Assembly: GCA_030141605.1 (NCBI GenBank)
Contig: JAQGDQ010000160.1
Span: forward strand, 1-64,000
DNA from: Tubiluchus corallicola
Lineage: Eukaryota > Animalia > Priapulida
Length of the DNA: 64,000 nt
Direction: 5' to 3'
Shown in pieces: positions 27,466-42,400 of this stretch (the stretch's first letter is position 1; every line of letters begins with the position of its first letter). Position numbers and translations under genes: made by a program. Under the pieces are notes generated by a model. The model saw only the letters and a list, made by a program, of their open reading frames with translations. It was not told the DNA's origin and searched no databases.

Positions 27466-30400
27466 CTGTAATCAATCATCACAACATTTGTTAGATGTAC
27501 TTAATTAGCTACAGACTAAAACAGAATATGAAGTGCAAATGTAAATAGTACAGATGTAGATACTGTTAGGGATGTTAAACGATACAATTTGGCGATATGA
27601 TAATGATAAACTATTTTTAGACGATACGATACGATAAATTATTCAAACGATAAAAACGATACTGAAGTTAGATAATTTATGCAGCAAAAAAGTATCATTA
27701 ACAAAAAAATTACTAAATGCTTCAATGCTGTATACTGAAATGGCTGCCAGTTATGAAATGCAAGTTTGTTTAACGACGTGATTCATAAATAAGTAAGCCG
27801 CAACAGGTAAACATATTATTACTGAGATAAAAATATTTATCTACACGAGCTGCACATGAATCGGGAAAGTGACACTAAAAATATAGTACAGTGTACTTGG
27901 CATCAACGTTTCAGTATCAAAGTGTATAAAGGGGTCTCTATACTTTGTCAGTATGATTCAGAGTGAAGATAGCCATTAGTAACAATAGTGCTATTTTAAA
28001 GTACAAGAAAATGATTCGGCGTCTGACAAGCTTATAATTTTAAATAATTCTTTGTTGCCACTTCTTTGTATGGTACAGTTACTGTAAATAAACTGAAAAG
28101 CAGAGTGAAGTAATTTTATTTATGAAGGTAAGTGATAGCAACGATACACAGTAAATTCGAAAAGATAAAGGTATTTATAGAATAATACCGTTACGATGGT
28201 TATCGATACCTATCGTTATAGTTAATATCCCTAGATATTGTAACAAATTAAGTAAAAGTCATTTCACCCAAAAGCAAAAACAAGTGCAAAACTCTATCCA
28301 GAAAAAGTTAAAACATGAGAAAAGCTTCTCTACTTAAGTTTACATGTAAACAGGCATATAATAAAATATTAAAAAACTAGTTATGTAAAGCAAGAGCAAA
28401 TACTATGAATTGGATGAATTAATCCATATACGTACTTGAGTCGTTTTTGTTCACGATAAAACTCTTCCTCAGACAAAGGTTTCTCGTCTGGCATCACACC
28501 CGGAGGTGGTGGCTCAGAATGAACTCGGTCTGGCAGTGGATCTAAAAGGCTTGGCAACCTTGTTGGCGGAGGATGCTGCTGCACTGGATAGGCAGGCACT
28601 GGATACTGTGGAGATCCACTCACTATAAAGCAAAATGCAGTTAAAAAACAAAAGAATCTTTCGCAGCTGCAAAGCAAGAATAAGGTCCATAATCTATAAA
28701 TTCTCAAAATGTAAGAATATTTTGGTTGCAATTTGTTAGAAATTTAAAAAACCAAGAGCAAATACATTACAGGTCATTTGTTTACTTGCTATAATACTCA
28801 TGACTAAATAAATGTTCTTGTTTTATTATTATCATGCAAACTGTTAAAATTGTTTTGCTTTCAATTGTCAGACATGAAAAATTTGCTCAGTGGTAGTTAC
28901 CAGTGACTGGTTTTCCCGCAGTAAATTATGAGTTTGATATACTATTGAGCAATACCATTAATCAAAATCTTATAAGCTACATACATAACAATTGTTGCTG
29001 GTCTGCGCACAGATGGAATGTCAGAATAAAGTAGGGTAATAGGGACAGCACGTGAGAATTGACTGCGATGAGTAAACCTCAGTTACAATTTAAATATAAC
29101 TTAATAAAAAAAGTATAAAGATTGAATAAAGTGTGAACATAAATACATACCGTGGGGTTGAAACTGGGTGTGCACTGGAAATCGACTTGGCCTTTCTCCT
29201 CGGTAACCAAGCGACATTTCAGCTGAGAAACTATGGGGTCTGTCTGACGGGGCTGATACCATTTGCGGTCTCATTCCCTCTCCATAATTATAAGACATAG
29301 AAGGTGGTGGATAGTGAGGGAAATCTACAGGCGGCCGAAAGTGTGGACCACCGTGAGGACGAGGTCCTCTGATATGTGAGGGTGGTCCAATGACAGCCGT
29401 AGGATGTACAGGAGGTAATGAATGATGTTCAGGTGGAGGTCTACTAGCTTGCAAACGGCCTGATGGTCCATTCTGTTCCAGGAATGGTCGTCGGTTGTCC
29501 CCAACTTGCCTGTGTTTAGAAGCTGGAATAGGTTGCTCTGTCACCGCAGGCGAGCCTGTCTCAGAAACACTGATTAGTGACTCAGAGTGTGAAACTGGGG
29601 TTGGTCCACTACTTTCATCTCTGTCTGATGTACTATGATTGTTATCAATATGACTGCTGCTAGACGACTCAATTGGAGTGTTCTCATCATTTTGTTTGCG
29701 TGGAGGAGAGACATGCTGAGGATGTGGGCTAGCTACAGAATGCTGAGATTGTGAGTTAGCAACTGATGCTGGATGTTGCTCTCCATGACTAGGTCCTTGA
29801 GGTCGAATGTGTTTTGTGCCAGATCCCTTGCCTTGGTGATAACTAAAAGGAGGCCAAGCCCTAATGTTTGGCTGTACAGTTGTTACCCTAAGAAAATGAT
29901 ATTAGATTACTGTACTCTAATTTACTAGAACTACTACTATGCAGTGAAGCTATGATATTACAGTATCTTGTCTCGTTACCTGTTTAGGATAAAAATGATA
30001 AGCATTAGCAACACTACTGATAGCAAGAAAATAATTTGGCAGCAACAACAATATTAAAAAGTCAAACAATGATAAAAAAGTATCCAATTTCATTTTTGCA
30101 CTATGTCCATCAAATACGAAGACAGTGTAGCTTTTCGAGAGATACAGCTCCTGCAATAATTGAAACTATTTTTTCAAAATGACACAAATTAAACTACTAG
30201 CAATGTTAAATTTTATTGGCATTATGACAATAGAAGCAAAGCTGCTTTAGGTACGTGCAATGTCACATTCAACATGATTTTTAATGTAAGCAGGGAACAA
30301 ATGCGCATCATGAATCTATATTCAATACTCTAATGTATTTAGCTGCAATAATATTTCTTTAAAATACTGCGAGTTAAACACAAAATTTTTGCTTTCACAT

Positions 30401-33400
30401 TATTTTACTAAACTAGCAAAGAGCAAAATGGAGTGAAAATTGACAAGGCCTGGTACTAAGAGGATTCTTCAGGTTTCATTAAATTAAAAACATACATGAC
30501 ACGTTACTTACAAACAAAATACTGTCATTGGTTTTTGTCTGCAAGAAAGATACAGCCATAGAAACTGTAAATATTACCCAATGAAAGTATTCAAGCAATT
30601 GGTACTAGCTTGCATGGCGCTGCAACAACAGCACTTATTGACAAAAGGTTATAGTGTCATGAACCATAAATACCAGACCTACTGTTCCTACCCTATTTAC
30701 CAATTTAAAAAAGTACCATATCATTTTTTAAAAAATTGACTTGGTATCAATATTTTTTACATTAAATAGGCTGAGACACAACAAGTCAAAAAAATTTAAA
30801 TAAAATTATCTTACCTGCCAGGTATGCTTTGACTATGCCCAACATGTGGCCCTGCGGTTGGTTTAGAATCTGTGTAATATAAAGCCATAAACAGGATACC
30901 ATGCACAAAAGAGCTATAACATATTGTTGGCAAAACTAGGATCCATGGCACAAGCCAGATATATCACATAATGTATAAACATTTGGCAGAGGCATGAAAG
31001 GCGGGTGTTTTCTAGAAACATTGGCACGCCCATGTTTGTGACACAGAAAAAAATTGAAAAACATAAAATGTTAAACAACGCATCTTTGTCAGTATCTTTC
31101 CCCGTTTGTCACATTTGCAAACCCACGTTTGGAGTATGGGCTTGCAAATGTTTCTAGAAAATACCCATCTTTCGCGCATCTGACAAACATATAAACATTA
31201 TGCGATATATCTGGTATTTCCCGCATCTCGGAAATTTTCTCTTCTTCTTGCAATGCATCAAGCATTGCCTGATATTTTCTCTCTCAGTAAACTACCATAA
31301 CATTCGACAGATATTAGGAAACGTAGAAAAAATGCTTGACTTTATTGAGCCAAAAACCTGTCCACTGAACAGTCCTGATTTACATACAGTAGACTGAGAT
31401 GCACAGAAAAACTTATTTCACGGAATTTATCAGACAAAATTGCAACCTATCTACAGTAGCTTCTGCCTGATAACAAACAGTTTCAACTAAAAAATTAATA
31501 AGTGGGTTTGAAAAAAATTGTAAAAGTTAGCAGCAAAAAATGAATTTTTAATTTAACGGCTGCAAGGATCTGATATTGAACTCCAGATTTCACTTTTGAA
31601 CTACATAAATAATCAACGGTACAAAAATACCCTAGAAAATTTCTTTTTTCGTCAACAGCATATTTTCCATGAATAACTGAAGACGTAAGGTGAACACTAA
31701 TCTTGCTATTTTTTCCACATAACACCAATTACATTTTACTGGCAACGTTACATTCTATTGACATTATGACAACAGAAGCACGGCTGCTTTAGAAACTTGT
31801 AATGCCACGATTTTCAATGTAAAAATTTCAATTCAAATGGACATCATGAATCTATATTCGATGTAACTCTCACGTGTTTAGCTGCATTATATTTCTTGAA
31901 AATGTTGTAAGTTAAATACTCAGTTTTCCTTTCATGCTCATTCACTAAATTAGTCAAGAGCAAAATGAAGTGAAAACTGACACAACCTGGCACTAATAGT
32001 ACTCTTCAGGTTTCATTAAATTATAGACATACATAACTCGTAGCTTAGAAACAAAATATTTTCATTGTTTTTGTCTATAGGAAAGAGAGCCCCAACTGCT
32101 ATAAATATTACGGTAAGGTAGGATAATAAAAACAGAATGCATCATTTACTTACGTGATGTATGAAATTCTTGCCGCATAGGAGCACCCTAAAGAAATAAA
32201 ACACATTTGATAAAAGCAAATAACATACTCACTCCAAGATTTCAAAGGCCAGTAATACTGGCTACTCTTATGAACACCGGAATAAATTTATTACATGCTT
32301 ATACCGAAAATCATAATTTAGCAAATAATAACAAGACATTATAAAAAAATGCTCTTTAGCAAAGTGAATGGGCTGAATTGTACACAAAAATTCATATTGG
32401 ACTGTGCATCTAATTGAAGTAGCAATAAAATGCTATAAAATTACATACTTTGGTTACTACGCTAACTGTTTGTATAGATTCACCAGCACTGATATCGATA
32501 TCGTTAGATTGTACTGTACTTGGAACACGGGTTTCTACCAGCACGACCTTCTCTGTAAGCTGCTGAGCTTTTCTTTCTTGCTCTTCTTCTCTGAAAATGA
32601 GAAAAAACATTGCAAGACCTCTTGATAATACGAAATCACTAAAATACACTGTATGCATAACTAGTGTAAAAACTAGTCTATTCCAAATGTGAATTCCAAG
32701 TATTTTGATAAAAAATTTACAACAGTGACAATAGTTGATGATGACAGTAAAGAGTGCGATTACAATAAGCTTGAATTCACAATGTGGCAATTAGCCGAAA
32801 ATTTAAATTGTACGTTTAAATTTAAAACAACTACCAAATTAGTCTTATTATAGTCAAAATTCAAATTTTGTTTAACATTTCAAATTGTGTGTTCATGAAA
32901 TGATTTTAAACAATTTTTAATTCATTTATTAAAAAACACTAGTTATTCTCACTCAAACTGCTTTTTAAGTTCCTCTTCTCTTTTTAGTTTCTCTTCCTTC
33001 TTCTTCTGCATGCGCTCTTTCACTTTCGTATAACCAGTTTCATTCTTATAATTTTCTACAGCCTGGCGGAGCCTTGTGTTTGGAATCAATGAATCTGGAG
33101 AAATATCAGTCTCCTTGCAACTCGGACACACATGATCCTCTGTTTCTAACAAAGTTCCGCGAATGCCTGAAAAATAAATGGAACAATTTCAGTAAAAAAG
33201 TACCACAAAGTACATTACAAAAGTTGCGCTGTAACACGGTGTGTCTGTCTAAACTTGTCTAACGGAATCAATTTACAGTCAATTAAAATAGAATAAAAAA
33301 CACACTGGTCACAGACACAAAATTAACTGGATTTCCAAAAAGTAAGGCACAACAAAGTTAAACCAAAGCAAGACCTGCAGAAAATGAAAACAATAATTTC

Positions 33401-36400
33401 TTACCTACACAAAAACAATCAAATATTTTTTTACAGAGATTGCCCAAAACAAAGGCAGTGGTGCCTTGTGACTACATTAAAAAATGACATGGTAAATAAA
33501 ATAAAAGTCCAGAAAACAAGAAGTCTTTTGCTAGTGACATTATAATAAGTGTGATTACAATTAACAGGAAAGCAAACTTCTGGTAAAGAATTCCACATAT
33601 AGAAAGCATGAAGGAAAAAGTATAGTTACATACAGCTGACCAAAATGAGTACTCTAAGCAAACTGTCAGTCTTAGGAATCAGCAAAGAACAATCTTGAGA
33701 ACATCTGCTATAGTTCATTAAAAACAATGATAAAAGAAGCACAATGTAGCAAGAAATTGTAGCATGAACCAAATCTGATTAGATTAACTTGACAATACAA
33801 TTTTGCCTTTGTCATAACAATACAAAGTTACAATAAATTAATGCCTTTTGCAAATCTGATTACAATATATGATTACAAAGTTAGGCAAAGACAATATAAA
33901 AAAGGAGGAACAATAAGTTATTAGGCTAACATAGGAAGAGGTATTAAATTACGACAAATGACAAATAAGCCAAATATCTTGTATCTCAGACAAACATTAC
34001 ATTTGTAACCAAGCAAGCAAACCCTTGGAGGAAGATTCAAGCACAACAAAGATTCACTGAAGTGAAATCTTATCTTCTGTAAAATCAACGGCAGTTTTTG
34101 GAAGACTGTAACTGCAAATCGAAGTGTGTGGCGCCATCTTACTAATGATAGCATGTCAGCTTTTGAGCATGGGAGAAATGCTATAGTAAAAAGGAAGAGA
34201 AGAACAACACTCTTGTAATGCCCATCTCAGCCAAGCCAGGTATGGACTCCTAATGGTGACAGGCGATGCAGATAAACCTATGCAGTCATGACAGGACTCA
34301 ATAGCTAAATCCTTACAATAAGCTACTCTATATAGATCAAATCACTACTAGATCCTTATCAAAGCAGATTGATAGAGACAGAGAGAAAGAGACTGTATTT
34401 GATTAATCAACAACAGTGTTGTTCAGTTGACTGTTGTGTGCATGCTCACATAATTTATCTTGGGAGAGATGTTCAGCTTTTGCATTGTTGTTATTCATGC
34501 TGCGAGGCTGCGCCTGATCAGATTTGACGGTAGATCAAAACGGCACAAATCCAAATCTTCGAAAGGTTTCTCCGTGTGAATCTGAGTGTGGTTGCGCAAT
34601 GTAAAGTGCAAATGTGTGTTGCCTTAACAATAAGTAGTTCTTTTTTGCCATCAAATCTCGGTCCGAGTAAACAATGCAAACTATCTTAACAATAAAAAAC
34701 GCACATTTAGCTGTTTACCAGAAATAAAAATTTGATTACAACTTACACTCATCGCAGAAACTGTTTCCACAACATGGAATAACAACAGCATCAGTGAGCA
34801 AGTCTTTGCAGAAAACACAGGACAGCTCTGGTGGAATCTCTCTTTCAGGTTCCGGCTCTGGTTCAGGTTCATCTTTGGGCACAAATGGTGGACGTTCCTT
34901 TTTACCAATTTTGTACGCTTCACTAAAAGTGGGAAAGTTAAAATGCATTTTGAAAGTAAAGTTTAGCAAGGCAGATATTCAATTCTTAAAAATTTTAGAA
35001 ACTTTTCTCTTTTTTTTGTTAAGTCAAAATGAAAACCAAAGTAAATGTGAATCACACCATACATAATCTCGACAAGTGTCTTACAACAAGCACATAATAA
35101 GTGCTCACAAATGTGTGACAAGTCACAGATATTTGCCACGTAGTAAAGCACTAAATATGTAGACTTACGCATCAATCTTTGGAACAGCATAGGTACCAGC
35201 ACCAGTGAGAAGTGCTCCCGGAACTGATGGATCACTCACGGTGGTCATGAAACTCCGAGGAATCCCTGAGCTCCGTTTTATACCACGGCTGCTTTCCTTC
35301 CCCTCCTCTCCTTTCTACAGTAAAATAGATTAATAGAAGCCAACAGATTAAGAAAAGGTTTCAATCATCAGGTGACTGAAAATAGACAAGAATATGCTCT
35401 ATTCAACATCAAGTGGCCATTTTTTGTAAATCAAGCATCTAATGTGAGTCCCCCCATATTTTTGATTTTTGGCCATATCAAAAAAAAATTTTTAAACAGT
35501 GTACAGAACTAAATTCCATCATGACTCTTCAAATGTGGCAAGTCCTCTATGACAGGCCTAAGATGAGTGTGGAAAATAAAAGAATATTAAAAGTGTGTCT
35601 TAGGACAGTGTCACTGATCAATAGTCAACATCTTCTTTCCTCACCACTGTAAGTACCAGGTATGACCGGATCAGCTAATTTCTTGACCTGCAAACAATTT
35701 GGTCCACAAATTTGCACATCTTCAGTCTGTTCAAAAATCTGCATTTCACTATTAACAGTTATCTGCAACTGCAGCGTCAGTGATTAATTCAAATCTGTGA
35801 TCCGTTCCCAATCCGCAATCCTGCTCACGGTGCTAAATTTAATTCATGTTTTAATTAAGACAATGGAATTACCTGTGCAAATCCTGTGCAACGATAATTT
35901 GCATTTTGAAAAACACGCAGCTACCATAGGAATGTGTGATAAAAAATTAAAAAACTTTTAGGCTGCTCTGTAGCCTGCACACAATCGGGAAGATGGAACA
36001 AACAAAATAACTGTCAGTGTTAAATAAGATCAGCACGACAAAATAAAAAACTGGTACATTTGCTAAACAGTCGAGTGCACTGTGCGTGACGTGCACATTG
36101 TTCATCAAAGTTGCGGATTAACATTAATGATAACAGTAATTTGTAAATATCAGAGCCACAAATATTTTTTATCAGCATCCGATCTGCATTTCTGCTTTAC
36201 TTTCAATGTATCTGCAATCTGATCCGATTCGCAAAAATGTTGAGAATCTTGCCCTAATCCAATACACAGGACCCTAGTCCGATCATGCCTGATAAGTACA
36301 CATAACAAATCTGATCTCCAAGGGTCGAGTGCACAGGTGTCCAGAAACCTAATGTAAAATGCTCTAACTTACTTGGCAGCATTGCCTCCTTATTTTAAAA

Positions 36401-39400
36401 CTTTCCCTTTTATTACAATGTGAATAATATAACGTTTTATAAATTAATAACGATGTATAAATTATCCAGTGAAAAGTTTTAAATAGACTTTACCTTCAGT
36501 GTATTTGTACAGTTCCAAATCCAGTGCCCGGCTTGAAGACATTTGTAGCACTTATAACCTGCTGGTGGTGGCCCCGACATACCTTTTTTTGGAAATGTGC
36601 GCACATAGCTGGTTTAAAAACAGTAAACAAGATTATTTAAGTATTTTCAAGTAAATCAGATTATTTGAACATTTGTAGTAACCATCATTACTTTTAGCCC
36701 ACAAAGTATCATTTCTAAATTTCATTACAGCAACACTTAAATATCTACCATATTTCAAGGCCTTTTCTTTGTCTGTGGTAAATGAAAATAAAATATGAAT
36801 AATGACTTAAACATACTAAGTATATTTTAAGTTTTCTACAAATGCTGGATGAGCAAAAGAGAACGAAACTTACTTGGATGGATCATAGTCATTAGTAGAC
36901 TGTAACATCATAGCTTGGATTTTATCCTGTTCTGACGCTTTGGCACTCGATAGATCAGCAGTCTGCAATGTGCACAGCAAAGAATTATTTTTCGACAGGC
37001 AAGAAATGAAATAATTTGTACAAAAGTTTATGCTGCAACTTTGAGCTTAGTCAACGACAGAGTTTTTGACAGCGAAGATGAAAAACACTAGTTCTTGAGG
37101 ATTACTAATTCTTTTATCATAATGTAATTTTAACTGTATTGTATATAAAGCATACCGAGATCATGTTTATGTAGTGGACTAAAAATAAACTATTGTTGTC
37201 ATTGTTATTATTATTATTATTATTACTAGAATAGCTGCAAGGTGTTTCTTGACCAGCAGTACAATTCAGCATTTGTTGCCATTCACTACAATGCAATTCT
37301 CCTGATGATTGCACGAAAATAGTCACTGCCTCATGCTTTTAAAGTATGTCTTATTTTACAAGCAGAAAATGAGTTGACAAAATTTAGTAGTTCATCAATC
37401 TTGTCTTAAATTTATATAGTAACTTATAATACATAGCCTAGCAAAACTTTTGTAAGTCTACAAAGACCATGCAAAGTAATTCTATAAAGTGGTCTATTTC
37501 ACAGCGACACAAATCTTGTTCTTGTTGTTAGCCAGCTAATGTCGTAATAAGTTTTTAGGCAGCTTTTACAGTATAATATGGCTAATTCTGAAAACTCAGT
37601 CTTTACCAAACTTAGTTTAGTTAAGCATTTAATTTTTCAAAACAAGACGTTCTTGATCATTATATTTCATGCCTGTATGTGTCTCCATCATACCTGGTCA
37701 TACTCACCTCAGTTAGCTGACGAAAAGAAACAACCACTTGATCTTCTTCTGGCTAAATAGAAATAAGCAATAAACATAAATGATAATGTTAACTGTAAAA
37801 AGTGAAGGCACAGTAATATCTCTTATTTGCTGATAAAAACAGAATTTTGGAAACAATAACAACAATCACCACACACATTCAAATCCAAATGAATCAAATC
37901 CTGAATCAAACAATTTGCAAAACTGTAATAACCGTGCCGTTTCCTCTGACATTCAACCAGAAATGTGATTATCATCAAACAACTCCAAGCAGCTGTGGAA
38001 TACATATAACAGCTGAGACTGTTTGTGACAATGACAATGAAATGACGATCATTTTACTGAGCTGAAAAAGAAAATTCAAGTCTGTTGGAGTTGAGTAATC
38101 ATGACACATGTAAAAATGTAACTGATTCGACTACTATTCGACAACTCTCCGAACTTGGGCACTTTAACATCACCACATCATAAAGTGGCAACTATTTTTT
38201 CAGCACTGGCTATTCACACCTAATCAAGCCATCCGACTAAGTCTGAAGTGTCATTTTTGAGAGTCATAACAGGACAGGATTAGTTGTAAAGCTCCACAGT
38301 GGCACTGTACTGCTCTAAAAAATTTACAGAGCTAAACTTGATTCGTATTGCTATAGTTCTCACTTCATGTCTATGTAGGTAACCTAATCAATCTTCTAAT
38401 TTATTTCTCAGAAAAATTAATTGTAGGAAACGAATAGATAAGTCGGTTCCAAAACATCCGCCTTACAATTGACACAGTTTTCAACTTGACAGAAAACTTC
38501 ACACACAAAAATCATTAATCAAGACAAATATGAAACTGAGACTACACATACAAAAAGTAATTCTGCTTAGGAACAAAAAATAGCATGCAATCACAAAGTC
38601 AAAACCAAAACAAACAGAATGGAAAAGTTGCAGAAAACCATGGGAACAAATTTGGCCTCAGCGAGACCTTTGACCTCAGTTGGCTAACATGAACGTCCTA
38701 CAATTTAAATCGGCAAACAAGTAATGCTCATAAAAAACCTAGTCTGCAGTAATTACCTTTTATAATTGCTCTACAAATTTACTTAGAAAAGCAACATGAT
38801 AACATATTTCGGTCAATAGTCGTTTGGTGACCTTTCATGGTACATTGTCATTTTTATGGCCTTCACTTAAACTGAATTTGAATATGGCATACTATTTAGC
38901 ACTGATTATTATATTACTAACGCTATGAAATGGTATTTAGATACCCCTAAATGCGTAACTCCGGGTTTTTCAAACCTCGACAACAAGGCAATAGACATCA
39001 TTCATGCTAAATGTACAGAGTGAACAAACGTACAAGTAAAGATGGCATCAGGTTATACATTTCTTGTTTCTGCAGTTAAGTATCATCCGGTATTTTGTGA
39101 TAATTCATCTTTCATGGTTGGCTTCAACACAAAACAGTGTAATTAAGTTTTTAGCTTGATGTAGATTGCACAGTAAAGTTAATAGTGTCAGCTCTTCACC
39201 TTACAGCCTGTTCACACAGAATTCCGGAGGTTTACTAAGTTCATCAGTGAGCTGATATGCTACTCATTTATTCAAACAGAGCCAGAAATGTATGAACTTG
39301 CTATACTTCTCTACGAACATTATCCATCTTGTCTTTTATATGTAATGCTTTACTTCATTTACTCCATCACCTGTTTAAATGCCTGCCGAATAATTTTTAA

Positions 39401-42400
39401 GTAACACAATAAGCTACTTGTGTACCCAGCAGTGTAATATTTACATTTACATATTAGTATGTGCACAATTTGCTGAGCAGATAGCTAAATAAACCGAGTG
39501 CATTTCTTCTGTGTGAATATGTTACAAGTATAATTTAAAACACACTAATTAAAGAGTACAAAATATTATATATTCTGTACAAACAGATGTTTTTCAGGTG
39601 AAAGGCTAAATACGAATACAGGTTAAAATAGTACATGAGCCTTATAATAAATGAATTTAGAAACGGCCTTTTACAAAGCATAATAAAAAAAATTGCTGAT
39701 CCAATGGCTGACCACGCTTAGTCAAGAGCAATGAAGAAAAAGAAAGAACAGAAAAAATTGAAAAAGTAAAAACAAATAATGCAAGACACAAGAAGCAAAA
39801 AATAACATGGTGCAACACAAAAATTGGGCAAGAAAATTGGTAGAGGGGGAGTAAAATGGTGCAACTTTCTATCGACAAAGATTGTGACATTTCATCAAGA
39901 ATACTATTAGAACAGGACTACTAAAGGCGATTTACTTTGTATATTAGTTATAATTGACAATTCACCTGCAATAATTTACAGTATGCAACCTGTCCTTGAT
40001 CGTTTTCCAAACCACAAACACTTTGATATGTAGAAAACACAGATATCATACGGATCTACAATTTTAATGACCTTTCATGACCTCAACTCAACAGGCACAC
40101 TTCAAACTTTTTTATAGTCAACAGACACAATCAAGCAATCTGGTTAAAAGAGACCACCATATTGGCAAAATATGTAGAACTAAGTCAACCATACACTATA
40201 TGCCAAATTTTGTGATCATAACTCAAATTAACTGAGACAGAAAAAAATAGTAACATGTCAAATAAAGGCCAATTAAACAATTAAACGTTAAAGTTTAAAG
40301 GTCAAAAGCAAACACCATTGCTGACAACATTTTCCCAAACTTTGACTATACATACATAAATTTAAGTGTATCTCAGGAATGTCAGAAATATAATGCAAAA
40401 TGTTCAACAAACAGCTAGACAGTTAAGTGAATGAACAAGCGAATAGATTCACTCCTCATTCCAAAACCACCTGATTTCCTTTTGAGACAAGAGAAACCAC
40501 AAAAAATCTAATACACACAAGTTACTGAGAGGGCTATCCTTCTAATGTAGGCTAATTCTGACATTGTTCAGAAAATCTGCACACTTCTACTGTGCTAATT
40601 GCTGGAAGGCAAACCAATCTTTATGACGAAACACTATCTAGTTGTGTAACAACAATATTCAAATTGTGACAACTTAATACTAATAATATTACTCCACTGC
40701 AGTACTGTGCATTTCCTAAATTTTTGTACATTTCTTGTAATTTATGTACCCCAGACCAAAAGCAGGACCCAAATCGTCAAAAACAATGATGAGACATGAA
40801 CCCCAAAAAGTTAGGATTTTTGGCAAAGATCTGGCAGATGCTGCATGTTCATCAGAAGCACAGCCAGGTTGCAAGGGACTGTGTTCTATAACCCACAAGC
40901 ATCCAATTTGCCTCCCCACGAGCAAGGGTTGGCAAACTACATCCCAGTGGTGTACTTCCATCGTGAAAGGTACCACAGGCTGAGTTGATCTGATTGTTTG
41001 TGTGTTGTGCCTACAAATATGAATGCATCATCATATCTCTCATACCAAATGCATGTGGCATAACTATATCTACCGCCAATGACTGCTTAATGACACAACA
41101 ATTTCTGTTGGAAAACTAGTCAATAAATGCTCGATTGCTGGAATGTGCATTTCGGTTCATTTTAAAGTTGTCATATTTGCTCAGCTTTTGCAAATCACAA
41201 AAGAATGCAAAGCATGACAGCAACAAGATAAATGCACTTTGCATACTTCATCACTTATACTGATTTTTTTATAAATGGAAATCAAGAAAACAATCTGCAT
41301 GCAGTAACTTACTTAAATATCTGTAGTTGTTGGGCGAGAAATTTAAACCATGCAAATTTCTCAACTAAAGCAGCTCTAATTTGATAAAATACGATTAACG
41401 TCTTAGCGCCACAAGTACATCGACTTCAAAAGAGCAATGTCACTTTCGACACCCAACAGTGTGGCTCAAAAACTGGTTTAAATATAAAACAATTAGTGTT
41501 TTCCCAAATTATTGTTTTCCATTCATTATGCATCCATATTGGTATGCAGGAATCATTTCTAGAAGAAAATGGACAAAAAAGGTGCAAATCTAAGGCCTTT
41601 TAGTGTCCAGAAAACAATGCAAATTAAAAAAAACTATAACAACACCGAATGCCTCAGGTATTTAACTCGGATTCAATGACAGTATCATAAGCAGAACCTA
41701 AAAGTTGCATCCTAAAACATTAATTGGTTAGTGCATGAAGCAAGTATTAAAATGAACCCAAGTGTGTGCACCTTGCAATATACAACCTTAAATCTCATCA
41801 TATACAATGATGCTAAACAGCAGCAACATAATTTTAACGAAAAGCAAATAATTCACTTTAAAATGAACCCAATATAGCTTATGCCACCGATGCCTAAATA
41901 GCTCGAGCAAAGGCTACAAAAAGTCAATTTTTCACTTAAAAATTTCAACTCAAAACACCATTCCAATATTTGTCTCCCTTTTTACAAATGTCTCCCAATT
42001 TACTACTACTGTAAAACGAACATGCCAAAAATTCGCAGGACGGTAAATTTCATATGGAGGGTGAAAATCCAATGAGCCAAATTCCTTGACTATAATTCTT
42101 TAAAATAAAAAATGTTAACCAAACATTATCGGGAAAGCTCAAAACAAGTTTTTGAAGACAAAACTCATGATAATAATAATGAATAAGAGGTGGCATTGCA
42201 CTAAACTCCACCTTACTAAAAATAATAAAACAGCATTGTGCACCACACTTAGGTAAATTATAATCTTTTTAAATAAACCATCTTGCAAAAAAGTCAGTTC
42301 AATAACAGGCTAGTTTTGGCTGCAGTTGTAAAAATTTGCTTTTTCAGAAAGTTGTTATAATCACTTATACTGGCAAAAAGCATGTACGATGTTTGCTTAG

